61,539 nucleotides of DNA. It comes from Longimicrobiales bacterium (GTDB lineage Bacteria > Gemmatimonadota > Gemmatimonadetes > Longimicrobiales > Gaopeijiaceae). How positions within the stretch are numbered: the stretch's first letter is position 1; every line of letters starts with the position of its first letter. The notes under the pieces were generated by a model, which worked only from the letters and a program-made list of their open reading frames with translations, had not been told where the DNA came from and searched no databases. Of this stretch, positions 18,893-27,568 are shown one piece after another. Location: NCBI GenBank assembly GCA_028280525.1, contig JANQLR010000329.1:1-61539 (forward strand), written 5' to 3'. The position numbers were made by a program, and so were the translations under genes.

Positions 18893-20505
18893 GCCTTCTG
18901 GCGACGCTCGACTGGGCGATCATCGGGGCGTACTTCGTCCTCGTCTTCGGCGTCGCCATCTGGGCGACGATGCGGGAGCGGGCGAACAAGGGCGACTCCG
19001 CCGACTACTTCCTCGCCGGCCGCGACGCCGGTTGGTTCCTGGTCGGCGGGTCCCTCTTCGCCTCGAACATCGGCTCGGAGCACCTGGTCGGGCTCGCGGG
19101 GACCGGGGCGGCGAGTGGGGTGGCCGTGGCGCAGTTCGAGATCCTCGCCTCGCTGATCCTCCTGGTGCTCGGCTGGGTCTTCGTCCCCTTCTACCTGTCG
19201 AGCGGCGTCTTCACGATGCCGGAGTTCCTGGAGCGCCGGTACTCGTCCGGGGCGCGGTGGTACCTCGCAGTCATCTCGATCATCGGGTACGTCCTGACCA
19301 AGATCTCGGTCACGATCGCCGCCGGGGGGATCGTCTTCGAGGCGATCATGGGGATCGACTTCTGGACCGGCGCCCTCGTCGTCGTCGTCCTCACCGGGAT
19401 CTACACGATCATCGGGGGGCTGAGGGCGGTCCTGTATACCGACCTCCTGCAGATGTTCGTCCTGATCGGGGGCGCGATCTCCGTCACCCTCCTCGGGCTG
19501 AATGCGCTCGGCGGGTGGGGCGCCATGGAGGCGGAGGTCGGGCCCGCCTTCCTCGACCTCTGGAAGCCGGCGACCGATCCGGACTTCCCGTGGACCGGGA
19601 TCCTCTTCGGCGCCCCGATCCTGGGCGTGTGGTACTGGTGCACCGATCAGTTCATCGTGCAGCGGGTCCTTTCCGCCAAGAACGAGGATCACGCCCGCCG
19701 CGGGACGATCTTCGCCGGCTACCTCAAGATTCTCCCCCTCTTCCTCTTCGTCATTCCGGGCGTCATCGCCTACGCCCTGTCGCAGCAGGGCCAGCTCGAC
19801 CTGGCCGCGCCGGACGAGGCGCTCCCGACGCTCATCGCGACCCTCCTCCCGGTCGGGCTGCGGGGCGTCGTGGTGGCCGGGCTCCTCGCCGCCCTCATGA
19901 GCTCGCTCTCCTCCGTCTTCAACTCCACCTCGACCCTCGTCACCTGGGACGTCTACCGGCGCCTCAACCCGAATGCGACCGAGCGGCAGCTCGTGGTCGT
20001 GGGACAGGCGACGACGGCGATCCTGGTCGGGGTCGGGCTCCTCTGGATCCCCCTCATGGGGCTCGTCTCGGAGCAGCTCTACCAGTACCTGCAGAGCGTT
20101 CAGGCGTACATCTCGCCCCCGATCGCGGCCGTCTTCCTGATCGGCATCACCTGGCGACGGGTGAACTCGCAGGGGGCGATCGCCTCCCTCATCACCGGCT
20201 TCGTCCTCGGGATGGGCCGGCTCGTCGCGGAGTTGAACAAGGAGTCGCTCGACGGCCTCCTCTTCTGGTACGCCGACGTGAACTTCCTGCACTTCGCGGT
20301 GCTCCTCTTCGTGGTATGCACCGGGGTGCTGATCGGCGTCAGCCTCCTGACCCCGCCCCCCTCGGAGGAGCGGTTGAAGGACCTGACCTTCGCGACGCTC
20401 ACCCCGGGCGCACGGGACAGCGATGCGGGGTGGCGGAGGCGCGACCTCATCTGGACGGTCGGGGTGGTGCTCGCAGTGGGGACGCTCTGGATCTGGTTCA
20501 GCTGA
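18889..20505 (+). CDS. Sodium:solute symporter (SGLT-like sugar transporter)
   Basis: DYFLAGR, SLFASNIGSEHLVGLAG, FTMPEFLERRY, WYWCTDQFIVQR, LAALMSSLSSVFNS. ATGA overlap with GH97. Confidence 0.93.
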   Translation: MSLLATLDWAIIGAYFVLVFGVAIWATMRERANKGDSADYFLAGRDAGWFLVGGSLFASNIGSEHLVGLAGTGAASGVAVAQFEILASLILLVLGWVFVPFYLSSGVFTMPEFLERRYSSGARWYLAVISIIGYVLTKISVTIAAGGIVFEAIMGIDFWTGALVVVVLTGIYTIIGGLRAVLYTDLLQMFVLIGGAISVTLLGLNALGGWGAMEAEVGPAFLDLWKPATDPDFPWTGILFGAPILGVWYWCTDQFIVQRVLSAKNEDHARRGTIFAGYLKILPLFLFVIPGVIAYALSQQGQLDLAAPDEALPTLIATLLPVGLRGVVVAGLLAALMSSLSSVFNSTSTLVTWDVYRRLNPNATERQLVVVGQATTAILVGVGLLWIPLMGLVSEQLYQYLQSVQAYISPPIAAVFLIGITWRRVNSQGAIASLITGFVLGMGRLVAELNKESLDGLLFWYADVNFLHFAVLLFVVCTGVLIGVSLLTPPPSEERLKDLTFATLTPGARDSDAGWRRRDLIWTVGVVLAVGTLWIWFS

Positions 20506-20515
20506 GCGGGGCCGC

Positions 20516-21949
20516 CTACCGCTGCGCTCCGTCAGGCCTCGCCGCGATCTTCGGCCGGTAGTCGGCGTCCCGTAGCGCCAGCTGTCCCTGCCGGGCGTAG
20601 TCGAGCGATTCACCCAGGATCCGCGCCGCCTCCTGCGGGGCGTGGAAGCCGGTGGAGTTCTCGGCCTCGACGTAGTCGACGTAGAAGAGGGCGCGCCGGT
20701 GCAGCTCGCGGGCGAGGGCGAGGCGCTCGTCGCTCACCCCGGCCTCCCGGGCCTCCCGGAGCTCCTCGGTGAGCTCGACCACGGCGTCCATCGCCTGATT
20801 GCGCAGACGGTAGGTGAGCCCCTGGACGTTCTCCGCCCGCGCGAGGATCTCCGCCTCGGCCACGTTGTGACAGCTCTGACAGGCGGCGGCCACGTTCAGG
20901 AGCGGGCTCTGCACGTGGTGGTTGGTGACCTTGCGGGCGCCGACGCGCTGGTACGGCATGTGGCAGTCCGCGCACGACACGTCCGCGCGGGCGTGGATCC
21001 CCTGACTCCACAGCTCGAACTCGGGGTGCTGCGCCTTCAGCACACCGCCCCCGGTCTCCGCGTGCGTCCAGTCGCTGAAGCCGATCCCCTCGTAGTAGTC
21101 GTAGGCGGCCTCGACGGTGAGCCCGCTCTCCCACGGGTAGGTCAGCCGCTTCTCGGCGCCGCGGAAGTGGTACTCCACGTGGCACTGTCCGCAGACGTAG
21201 CTTCGCATCTCCTGACGCGTCGCGTCGCGGTTCACGTCGTAGTCCGCCACGCCCCGTCCCGCCATGTACGCCGCCATCCCCTCGATGAAGGCGGGCCGGG
21301 TCACCCGGAGCTCCATCGTCTCCGCGTCGTGGCAGTCGATGCACGCCACCGCCTGATCGAGGTGCGTCCGGGCCTCCATGTACGGCATCTGGTTCATCAC
21401 CTCGAAGCCGCGCGTCAGGTCCCCGTCCCCGAGCTCGAGCCACGCCGTCACCGTGCTGGCGTGGCAGTTGGCGCACGTTCCCGGTTGCCCCGACGCTTGC
21501 CGGCCGGTGAAGGTCTGGTCCTCGAGCATGTAGGCGTGGCCGCGCTCCTCCCGGAAGTCCTTCGAGAAGCCGTACCCGGCCCACATCGTCTTGAGGCGCT
21601 CGTCCTCCTCGATCTTGGAGCGAGAGACGAAGGTGCGCGGATCCGCATCGGTCGGGGTTCGCGGGAAGGCCTCGGAGCCCCCGTACCGCGTCCGCACCTG
21701 ATCGACCGTGCGCACGAAGCTGTCGAACTGGTCCGGGTAGTTGAGTCCCCAGACCGACGGGTCGTCGATCGTGTCGTTCAGCTCGACCACGCGGGTGGCC
21801 GGCTCCCGCGCCTCCTGCCTCCGCTCGAAGATGTTCACCAGGAGGGCGAGCACGGCGACCGAGGCGACGACCGCGACCGCGGTGAGTCCGAGGAACCAGC
21901 GCGGGCCGTGGCTACGGGGGCCGCCTCCGGCGGTGGACGAATCAGTCAT
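20516..21949 (-). CDS. nrfA: Pentaheme cytochrome c nitrite reductase (CXXCH heme-1 variant)
   Basis: MWAGYGFSKDFREERGHAYM, five heme motifs (CANCH, CIDCH, CGQCH, CADCH, CQSCH), KAQHPEFE, AENSTGFHAP. Confidence 0.92.
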   Translation of the reverse strand: MTDSSTAGGGPRSHGPRWFLGLTAVAVVASVAVLALLVNIFERRQEAREPATRVVELNDTIDDPSVWGLNYPDQFDSFVRTVDQVRTRYGGSEAFPRTPTDADPRTFVSRSKIEEDERLKTMWAGYGFSKDFREERGHAYMLEDQTFTGRQASGQPGTCANCHASTVTAWLELGDGDLTRGFEVMNQMPYMEARTHLDQAVACIDCHDAETMELRVTRPAFIEGMAAYMAGRGVADYDVNRDATRQEMRSYVCGQCHVEYHFRGAEKRLTYPWESGLTVEAAYDYYEGIGFSDWTHAETGGGVLKAQHPEFELWSQGIHARADVSCADCHMPYQRVGARKVTNHHVQSPLLNVAAACQSCHNVAEAEILARAENVQGLTYRLRNQAMDAVVELTEELREAREAGVSDERLALARELHRRALFYVDYVEAENSTGFHAPQEAARILGESLDYARQGQLALRDADYRPKIAARPDGAQR

Positions 21950-22511
21950 GGTTCTCGGGGGGCTGGGGGAGAGAGGGGGGCGCCCCGGGGGCGGGGGCGT
22001 CGATGCCGCCCAGCGCGATCGCGGGCGGCGGGCCGGAACGGGGACGGGGCCCGATCGGGACGCCGGCGGCGTGACCGACCGCGGCGTGGCAGGTCAGACA
22101 GCCCCGCGGTTCGTCGTGCGCGCCGTCGACCGCCTCGGCGAAGCTCGCGTGGCAGTCGCGACACGCCGCCTCGGTGACGCCCCGGTTGAAGTCGGTGATG
22201 CGGAGGTGGAGCGGGTAGTTCCCGGTCGTGAAGGCGACCGAGTGGTTCCATCCGTTGATCGCCTTCGTGACCAGCTTGCCGACCACGTCGTGGGGGGCGT
22301 GGCAGTCGTTGCATACCGCCACGTCGCGGTGGCTCGACCGGGTCCAGGCGGTCAGGTAGTCGCCCATGACGTGGCAGTTGGCGCACGCCTCGGGGTCGTT
22401 CGTCAGGTACGACGTCCCCTTCCCGTAGTGGAAGGTGAACATGCCGGCGCCGATCGCCCCCCCGAGCGAGAGGGCCAGCAGCGTCGCGAGAATCCGCGTC
22501 GGGGTGGTCAT
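21942..22511 (-). CDS. nrfH: Tetraheme cytochrome c nitrite reductase small subunit
   Basis: N-terminal TM, SYLTNDPEACANCHVM, CNDCH, CRDCH, CLTCH..VGH. Confidence 0.92.
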   Translation of the reverse strand: MTTPTRILATLLALSLGGAIGAGMFTFHYGKGTSYLTNDPEACANCHVMGDYLTAWTRSSHRDVAVCNDCHAPHDVVGKLVTKAINGWNHSVAFTTGNYPLHLRITDFNRGVTEAACRDCHASFAEAVDGAHDEPRGCLTCHAAVGHAAGVPIGPRPRSGPPPAIALGGIDAPAPGAPPSLPQPPENHD

Positions 22512-22515
22512 CGGC

Positions 22516-23745
22516 TCAGAAGGAGAGGTCGATCATCAGGTAGGCGAACTGCACGTCCTCCCCGATCCCCCGGACCGGCCCGAGCGCACCTCCCGCCCAC
22601 ACCTGGGAGACCCCTCCGGAGAGGGTGACTCCCGTCGTGAGCGGGTGGGTCAGGACCAGGTCCAGCTCGTCGCCCAGATGCCCGGAGTCGAGCCCTCCGT
22701 CGTCGGCGACCCAGAACCGATGGAGGTCCCCGGTCAGCGTCCACCCGTCCGCCACGACCCACCGCGTCTTGACTGCGGCGTCCCGGAACCCGCGCCCGGC
22801 CGTCTGCACCGGGAGGTCCAGGAAGAGGTCCGCGTAGCCGTAGAACTTGTGGTTCGTGCCGAAGAGGGTGTCGAAGGCGCGGTCGTCCTCCTCGGTCCCG
22901 TCCCCACCCGAGAGGTGGTCGTACCAGGCGGCGAGTCCGACCCGCCCGTCGGCGAAGCTCCGGCCGGCGCGGACGCCCATCATCCAGGCGCGGACGTCGC
23001 GGTCGGCGCGTTCACCCCGCTGGAGGGTGCCCTCGACCCGGTAGCTCCACGGCCCCTGGCTTCCCACGTAGCGGAGTCCCGAGGTGAGGACCTCGTTCAG
23101 GTCCTGGTTGCGGACCTCGTCGAGCCAGAGGGCGAAGAGATCGAGCGTTCCGCCCTCCACGACCTCCCAGGCGGCGTAGGCGCCGGAGAAGCTCGACTCG
23201 AACTCGCGGATGATCGACGTCGACTCGGAGAGCTGGAAGGCGAAGCCGTCCAGGGTGAGGCCGGACTCCGTGCGGATACGGCCGCGGACGCCGTCGAAGG
23301 CGCGCGCCTGCTGCGCCCAGTCGAGCGCGCCGATCAGTCGCTGGCCCCCGTAGTTCTGCTCGAAGCGCCCGACCCGGATGGACCGCGCCGCCTCCTCGCT
23401 CCCGAACTGGATGAAGCCCTGATGCAGATCGAGGCCGTCCGCGCGAAAGTCGCCCGCGGTGCTCGATTCCTCGCCCCAGATGCGGACGTCCTGGAGTTGG
23501 ACGAAGCCCCAGATCCCCCGGTCCCTCTCGATGCGCGCGCTGAGGCGGGTGCGCCCGATGGTGTAGCTCTCGGCTCCACCCGACGGGGGCATCGGGTCGC
23601 GGACCTCGAAACGGGGACGGACCTGTCCGGCGATGACGACCTCCTGCGCCGAAACCGGCGGCCCGACGAAAGAGAGAAGTGCGCAGGTGGCCATGAGGCC
23701 AGCTCGGAAGCATCGAGCCCGCGGAGCGGACGAGTGATCACGCAT
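22516..23745 (-). CDS. Alginate-export-family (AlgE-like) outer-membrane porin
   Basis: Signal peptide (start may be ATG 23694), GQVRPRFEVR, VQLQDVRIWG, RLIGALDWAQQARAFDG, FDTLFGTNHKFYGYADLF, LGDELD, terminal Phe. Confidence 0.8.
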   Translation of the reverse strand: MRDHSSAPRARCFRAGLMATCALLSFVGPPVSAQEVVIAGQVRPRFEVRDPMPPSGGAESYTIGRTRLSARIERDRGIWGFVQLQDVRIWGEESSTAGDFRADGLDLHQGFIQFGSEEAARSIRVGRFEQNYGGQRLIGALDWAQQARAFDGVRGRIRTESGLTLDGFAFQLSESTSIIREFESSFSGAYAAWEVVEGGTLDLFALWLDEVRNQDLNEVLTSGLRYVGSQGPWSYRVEGTLQRGERADRDVRAWMMGVRAGRSFADGRVGLAAWYDHLSGGDGTEEDDRAFDTLFGTNHKFYGYADLFLDLPVQTAGRGFRDAAVKTRWVVADGWTLTGDLHRFWVADDGGLDSGHLGDELDLVLTHPLTTGVTLSGGVSQVWAGGALGPVRGIGEDVQFAYLMIDLSF

Positions 23746-23952
23746 CGGACACCCTCACCAGGACGGAGGAATCGGAAGCGGCTTCTCGACGATACGCCCG
23801 GGAGTCGATCGGCTCCCACGGGATTTTCCTTCGGCTCGAGGCCGGGTCAATCGCTGTTCGGGCGGTCTCGGTGGCCTATACTTCCTCCCGCGGACCGGCC
23901 CCGGTCCCCCCTCCGCCGGACTCCCCTTCCACCTCGGACGCCCCCACCTCGA

Positions 23953-24267
23953 ATGAGCAACCGCATCGACGCCCTCCGGCGCATGCTCGAGAAGCGCCCC
24001 GACGACCCCCGGGCTCGCTTCGGCCTGGCCATCGAACTCCTCACCGCCGGGCAGACCGAGGACGGTGTGGAGACGCTCCGCAGGTACCTCGAACTCGGCA
24101 CGGACGAGGGGAATGCCTGGGGGCGTCTGGCGAGCGCGCTCCTCGAGCTGGGTCGCCCGGACGAGGCGCGAGCGGCGTGGGAGAAGGGGATCGAGGTCTC
24201 GCTCGCGAACAACCATCCCACGATGGCGGAGGAGTTCCGAGAGGAGCTGCAGGCGCTCGACGGCTGA
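23953..24267 (+). CDS. Small TPR protein
   Basis: MSNRIDALRRMLEKRPDDPRARFGLAIEL...NAWGRLASALLELGRPDEARAAWEKG helical repeats. Confidence 0.8.
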   Translation: MSNRIDALRRMLEKRPDDPRARFGLAIELLTAGQTEDGVETLRRYLELGTDEGNAWGRLASALLELGRPDEARAAWEKGIEVSLANNHPTMAEEFREELQALDG

Positions 24268-24379
24268 GGCCGCCGAATCGTCACAACCTGGTCGCGCCGC
24301 CCCTCCCACGATGGCCCGCCGGGGGCGACCGGCATTAGGGTGCGGAAACACCTCTCCTCATCCCCGCCCGGAGTCCGCC

Positions 24380-24892
24380 GTGTCGCTCGCCGCCCACCTC
24401 ACCGGACAGATCGAGATCGAACACGCCGCTTCCCGTCGCGTCATCGAGCGCATCCGCGACGACATGTTGAGCTGGAAGCCGCACGAGAAGTCCTACAGCA
24501 CCCTGGATCTGGCCACCCATCTGGCCAACCTCGTGGCGTGGGGACGGATGATTCTCACGACGGAGGAGCTGGACTTCGCGTCGGAAGAGATGAAGTCGTG
24601 GACCCCGCCGTTCGCGGAGGACATCCCCGCCGTCCTGACGATGCTCGACGAGAACGTCGGTCAGGTGAAGAGCATCCTGGCCGACATGAGCGACGACGAT
24701 CTGGAGAAGACGTGGACGATGCGCTCCGGCGACCACGTGCTCGGCGCCGACACCCGCGCCTTCGCCTTCACGCAGTGGGTCCTCTCCCACCAGGCTCACC
24801 ATCGGGGCCAGCTGACGGTCTACCTGCGCATGAACGACGTGCCGGTCCCCGGGATCTTCGGTCCCACCGCGGACGAAGAGTGGACCGGGTGA
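24380..24892 (+). CDS. DinB/YfiT-family metalloprotein
   Basis: WKPHEKS...LATHLA and HQAHHRGQLTVYLRMNDVPVPGIFGP. Confidence 0.88.
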   Translation: MSLAAHLTGQIEIEHAASRRVIERIRDDMLSWKPHEKSYSTLDLATHLANLVAWGRMILTTEELDFASEEMKSWTPPFAEDIPAVLTMLDENVGQVKSILADMSDDDLEKTWTMRSGDHVLGADTRAFAFTQWVLSHQAHHRGQLTVYLRMNDVPVPGIFGPTADEEWTG

Positions 24893-24996
24893 GAGAGCAG
24901 GGGCCTTCGACGCGATCCCGATCCTGAACCCGGCCCCGACCTCATCCCGACGCCGGACCCGGCTCCCCCCTCCGATTCGACCGCGGACGGCGACCG

Positions 24997-25518
24997 GTGC
25001 GTGAGTCGTCGATCCACTTCGAGGCCGTCATCGTGCGCCTCGGGGGCTGGTCGACGGGCGTGGTCGTGCCGCCCGAGGTGCTGGAACGCCTCCCCCTGGA
25101 GGAGCAGCCGCGCCTCCGCGTCGAGGGCGAGGTCAACGGGCACCCGTACGAGGGCGCGCTCCATCACGCGGGCGGGGAGCGCTTCGTGATGCTCCCCAAG
25201 CGATGGCTCCGGGCGAGCGGGGTGCGCGAGGGGCAGTTCGTGGAGGTCGAGATCCGCCCGGCGGATCCGAACCGCGTCGACGTTCCGGAGGAGCTGGACC
25301 GGGCGATCCGCGAGGCGGGGCTGACCGAGGCGTGGGCGGAGCTCACCCCGGGGACTCGCCGGTCGATGGCGTACCACGTGACCTCGGCGAAGCGCTCGGA
25401 GACGCGCGAGAGGCGCTCGGAGACCGTCCTCGGCTGGGTGCGGGACCCGGACGCCTTCCGGGTCGCCCGTGGGGGGCGCCGGCGAACAGGAAACCCGGAG
25501 GACCCGGGCTGGGGTTGA
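24997..25518 (+). CDS. DUF1905 / YdeI-OmpD-associated protein
   Basis: RVEGEVNG..., VDVPEELDRAI, WAELTPGTRR...SAKRSETRERR. Confidence 0.78.
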   Translation: MRESSIHFEAVIVRLGGWSTGVVVPPEVLERLPLEEQPRLRVEGEVNGHPYEGALHHAGGERFVMLPKRWLRASGVREGQFVEVEIRPADPNRVDVPEELDRAIREAGLTEAWAELTPGTRRSMAYHVTSAKRSETRERRSETVLGWVRDPDAFRVARGGRRRTGNPEDPGWG

Positions 25519-25576
25519 AGGGCGGGTCTACCGTCCGCTCCATGCGGATGGCCCTCTCCCATCGGCCCGATCCGCC

Positions 25577-26320
25577 ATGCGCGCCCCCCTCTCGACCGCC
25601 GCCGTCCTCCTCGCCCTGCTCCCCGCCGCCCTGGCCGCGCAGGACCGAAACCCCGCGGGGATCCTCGTGCCGGATCGCCCCGGTCTCGGGGACGGGATGT
25701 GGGTGGTCGCGCCCGGGGTCGTCCAGGCCGAGGCCGGGGCCACCCTCGAGAGCGCCGGCGGCGACCGCAGCGGGGTCGGCTCGGCCCTGGTGCGACTCGG
25801 GTTCGCCCCGCTGGAGTTGAGGGTTCAGCTGCCCTCCCTCCTCCTCTCGACCGGTCCGGACGATGTCGAGGTGGGTGACCTGGGGCTCGGAGTGAAGGTG
25901 CCGCTCTCCTGGGGGGGCAGCTGGCGCTGGTCGGTGGTGGGGGGAGCGACCTTCGCGACCGGGACGAACGGAGGGACCGCAGGGGGAACGACGGGCTTCG
26001 GGACGCTCGTGGGCGAGACGAGCCTCACCGAGCTGCTCGGCTTCGCCCTCAACGTCGGGTACACCGCGCCCTTCGACGAGGGTGGAGACGGGACGGCGTC
26101 TCTGATCGCGACGCCGCTCTTCCCCCTTTCCGGTCGACTCGCGGGCTACCTCGGGTACGCCGGCTTCTTCGAGCTTGGGCCGGCCTCGGATGGGCACTTC
26201 GTGGAGTGGGGCGTGACCGGTACGGTCGGTGCCGACACCCAGTGGGATCTCAACGCCGCCCGCGAGATCGACGGGGACCGTTGGTTCTTCGGCGTGGGTC
26301 TGTCGCGTCGACGCAGGTAG
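25577..26320 (+). CDS. Putative outer-membrane beta-barrel (MetA-pathway/transporter-like)
   Basis: Signal peptide, DRPG....VVAPGVVQAEAG, GDLGLGVKV, C-terminal WFFGVGLS amphipathic strand. Confidence 0.65.
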   Translation: MRAPLSTAAVLLALLPAALAAQDRNPAGILVPDRPGLGDGMWVVAPGVVQAEAGATLESAGGDRSGVGSALVRLGFAPLELRVQLPSLLLSTGPDDVEVGDLGLGVKVPLSWGGSWRWSVVGGATFATGTNGGTAGGTTGFGTLVGETSLTELLGFALNVGYTAPFDEGGDGTASLIATPLFPLSGRLAGYLGYAGFFELGPASDGHFVEWGVTGTVGADTQWDLNAAREIDGDRWFFGVGLSRRRR

Positions 26321-26369
26321 ATCCCGTCCGAATCCGTCCCCCTGGGCCGACGGTAGCCGTGGGTCTCCC

Positions 26370-27392
26370 TCAGCTGTCGAGCGCGTGCCTCGCGCGGGCC
26401 CGCTCCGGGGCGTGCGAGAGCGCCGCGACGCAGCCGATGAGTCCGGGGTGCTTCGCCTTCACGACCGCGATCGGGACGCCCTCGCAGAAGGTCCGGAACC
26501 GGCCCTTGTCCTCGAAGCGCGCGCGGAAGTGCTCGCGGTCGAAGAACTCCTCGAGCTTCTCGATCACCCCGCCCGAGATGAAGACGCCGCCCGTCGCCCA
26601 GTTGGCGAGCGCCATGTCGCCCGCGAAGGAGGCGAGGAGGTCGAAGAAGAGCCGGATCGCCCGCAGCGCCTCGGCGTCGCCCTCGAGGGCGAGGTCGTGG
26701 ATCTCGGGGGCGGTGGCGACGGGCGGGCGCGGCGACGCCGTCTTGCCGTGCATGACCGAGACGGCCCAGAAGAGGTTCTCCAGCCCCGGGCCCGAGACGA
26801 CGCGCTCGATCGACACCCGGCTGAAGACATCCATCAGGAGGCGGAGGACCCGGATCTCCTCCTCGTTCGCCGGGGCGAGGCCGATGTGGCCCGCCTCGGA
26901 GGGGATGATCTCTCCGCTGGTCGTGCGCACCGCCGCACCGAGGCCGGTTCCCGGCCCGATGACGACCTCCACGCCGCGCTTGGTGGGGCGGGGCGTACCG
27001 AGCCACTCGAGTTCGTCCTCCGACAGGCGTTCGATGGCGAAGGCCTGGGCGGTGAAGTCGTTGATGACGGTCAGGTGCGTCCCGAGCGCCTGCTGCAGCT
27101 CGCGGCAGGAGAAGCTCCACTCCGTATTGGGCAGGCGGACGTGATCCCCCTCGACCGGGCCGGCGACCGCCAGGCAGATCTCGTCGACGTGTCCGATCCC
27201 CTCATCCGCGAGCCAGCTGCTGACCGCATCCAGCACGCCCTCGTAGCGAATGCGCGGAAGGATGGATACCCGCTCCAGGTCACCCGTCTCCGGGGAGACG
27301 AGTGCCAACCGGACGCGCGTCCCTCCAAGGTCGCCAACGACGCAGAGCCCCGACGGCGTCATCGGGCTCGGTGTCTGGGGCGATTCCGCCAT
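26370..27392 (-). CDS. glk: Glucokinase (Glk family)
   Basis: GDLGGTRVR, AVAGPV, INDFTAQA, GPGTGLG, PSEAGH, GVFISGG, FEDKGRF. Confidence 0.92.
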   Translation of the reverse strand: MAESPQTPSPMTPSGLCVVGDLGGTRVRLALVSPETGDLERVSILPRIRYEGVLDAVSSWLADEGIGHVDEICLAVAGPVEGDHVRLPNTEWSFSCRELQQALGTHLTVINDFTAQAFAIERLSEDELEWLGTPRPTKRGVEVVIGPGTGLGAAVRTTSGEIIPSEAGHIGLAPANEEEIRVLRLLMDVFSRVSIERVVSGPGLENLFWAVSVMHGKTASPRPPVATAPEIHDLALEGDAEALRAIRLFFDLLASFAGDMALANWATGGVFISGGVIEKLEEFFDREHFRARFEDKGRFRTFCEGVPIAVVKAKHPGLIGCVAALSHAPERARARHALDS

Positions 27393-27514
27393 CTTCTTAT
27401 CCTCATTGGAGTTGGGCCGTCGAGTGGGACGGCCGGACTCGATGGGTACCCCCACCCGGGGAGAACCGCGCACCCACCATCGGGGTTTCGGAATCCCTAC
27501 GAAAAACGTATCGA

Positions 27515-27537
27515 CATTGTAAGTTGAGCGAACAATC
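27515..27537. promoter_or_regulatory. Candidate ROK operator in the divergent glk/glgP region
   Basis: CATTGTAA-N7-GAACAATC keeps the TTGT-N11-ACAA core. Confidence 0.4.
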
Positions 27538-27568
27538 TCGACCACCTGACGGACACGGACCCCTCCCC

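Noticed and set aside
23746-23952. FNR/Crp site upstream of the nrf operon
   Set aside because: Only a half-site (GTCAA) is present, with no correctly spaced TTGAT-N4-ATCAA.
24905-24990. Quasi-repeated CCCGA/CCGGA tract
   Set aside because: It is low-complexity intergenic sequence with no regular period.
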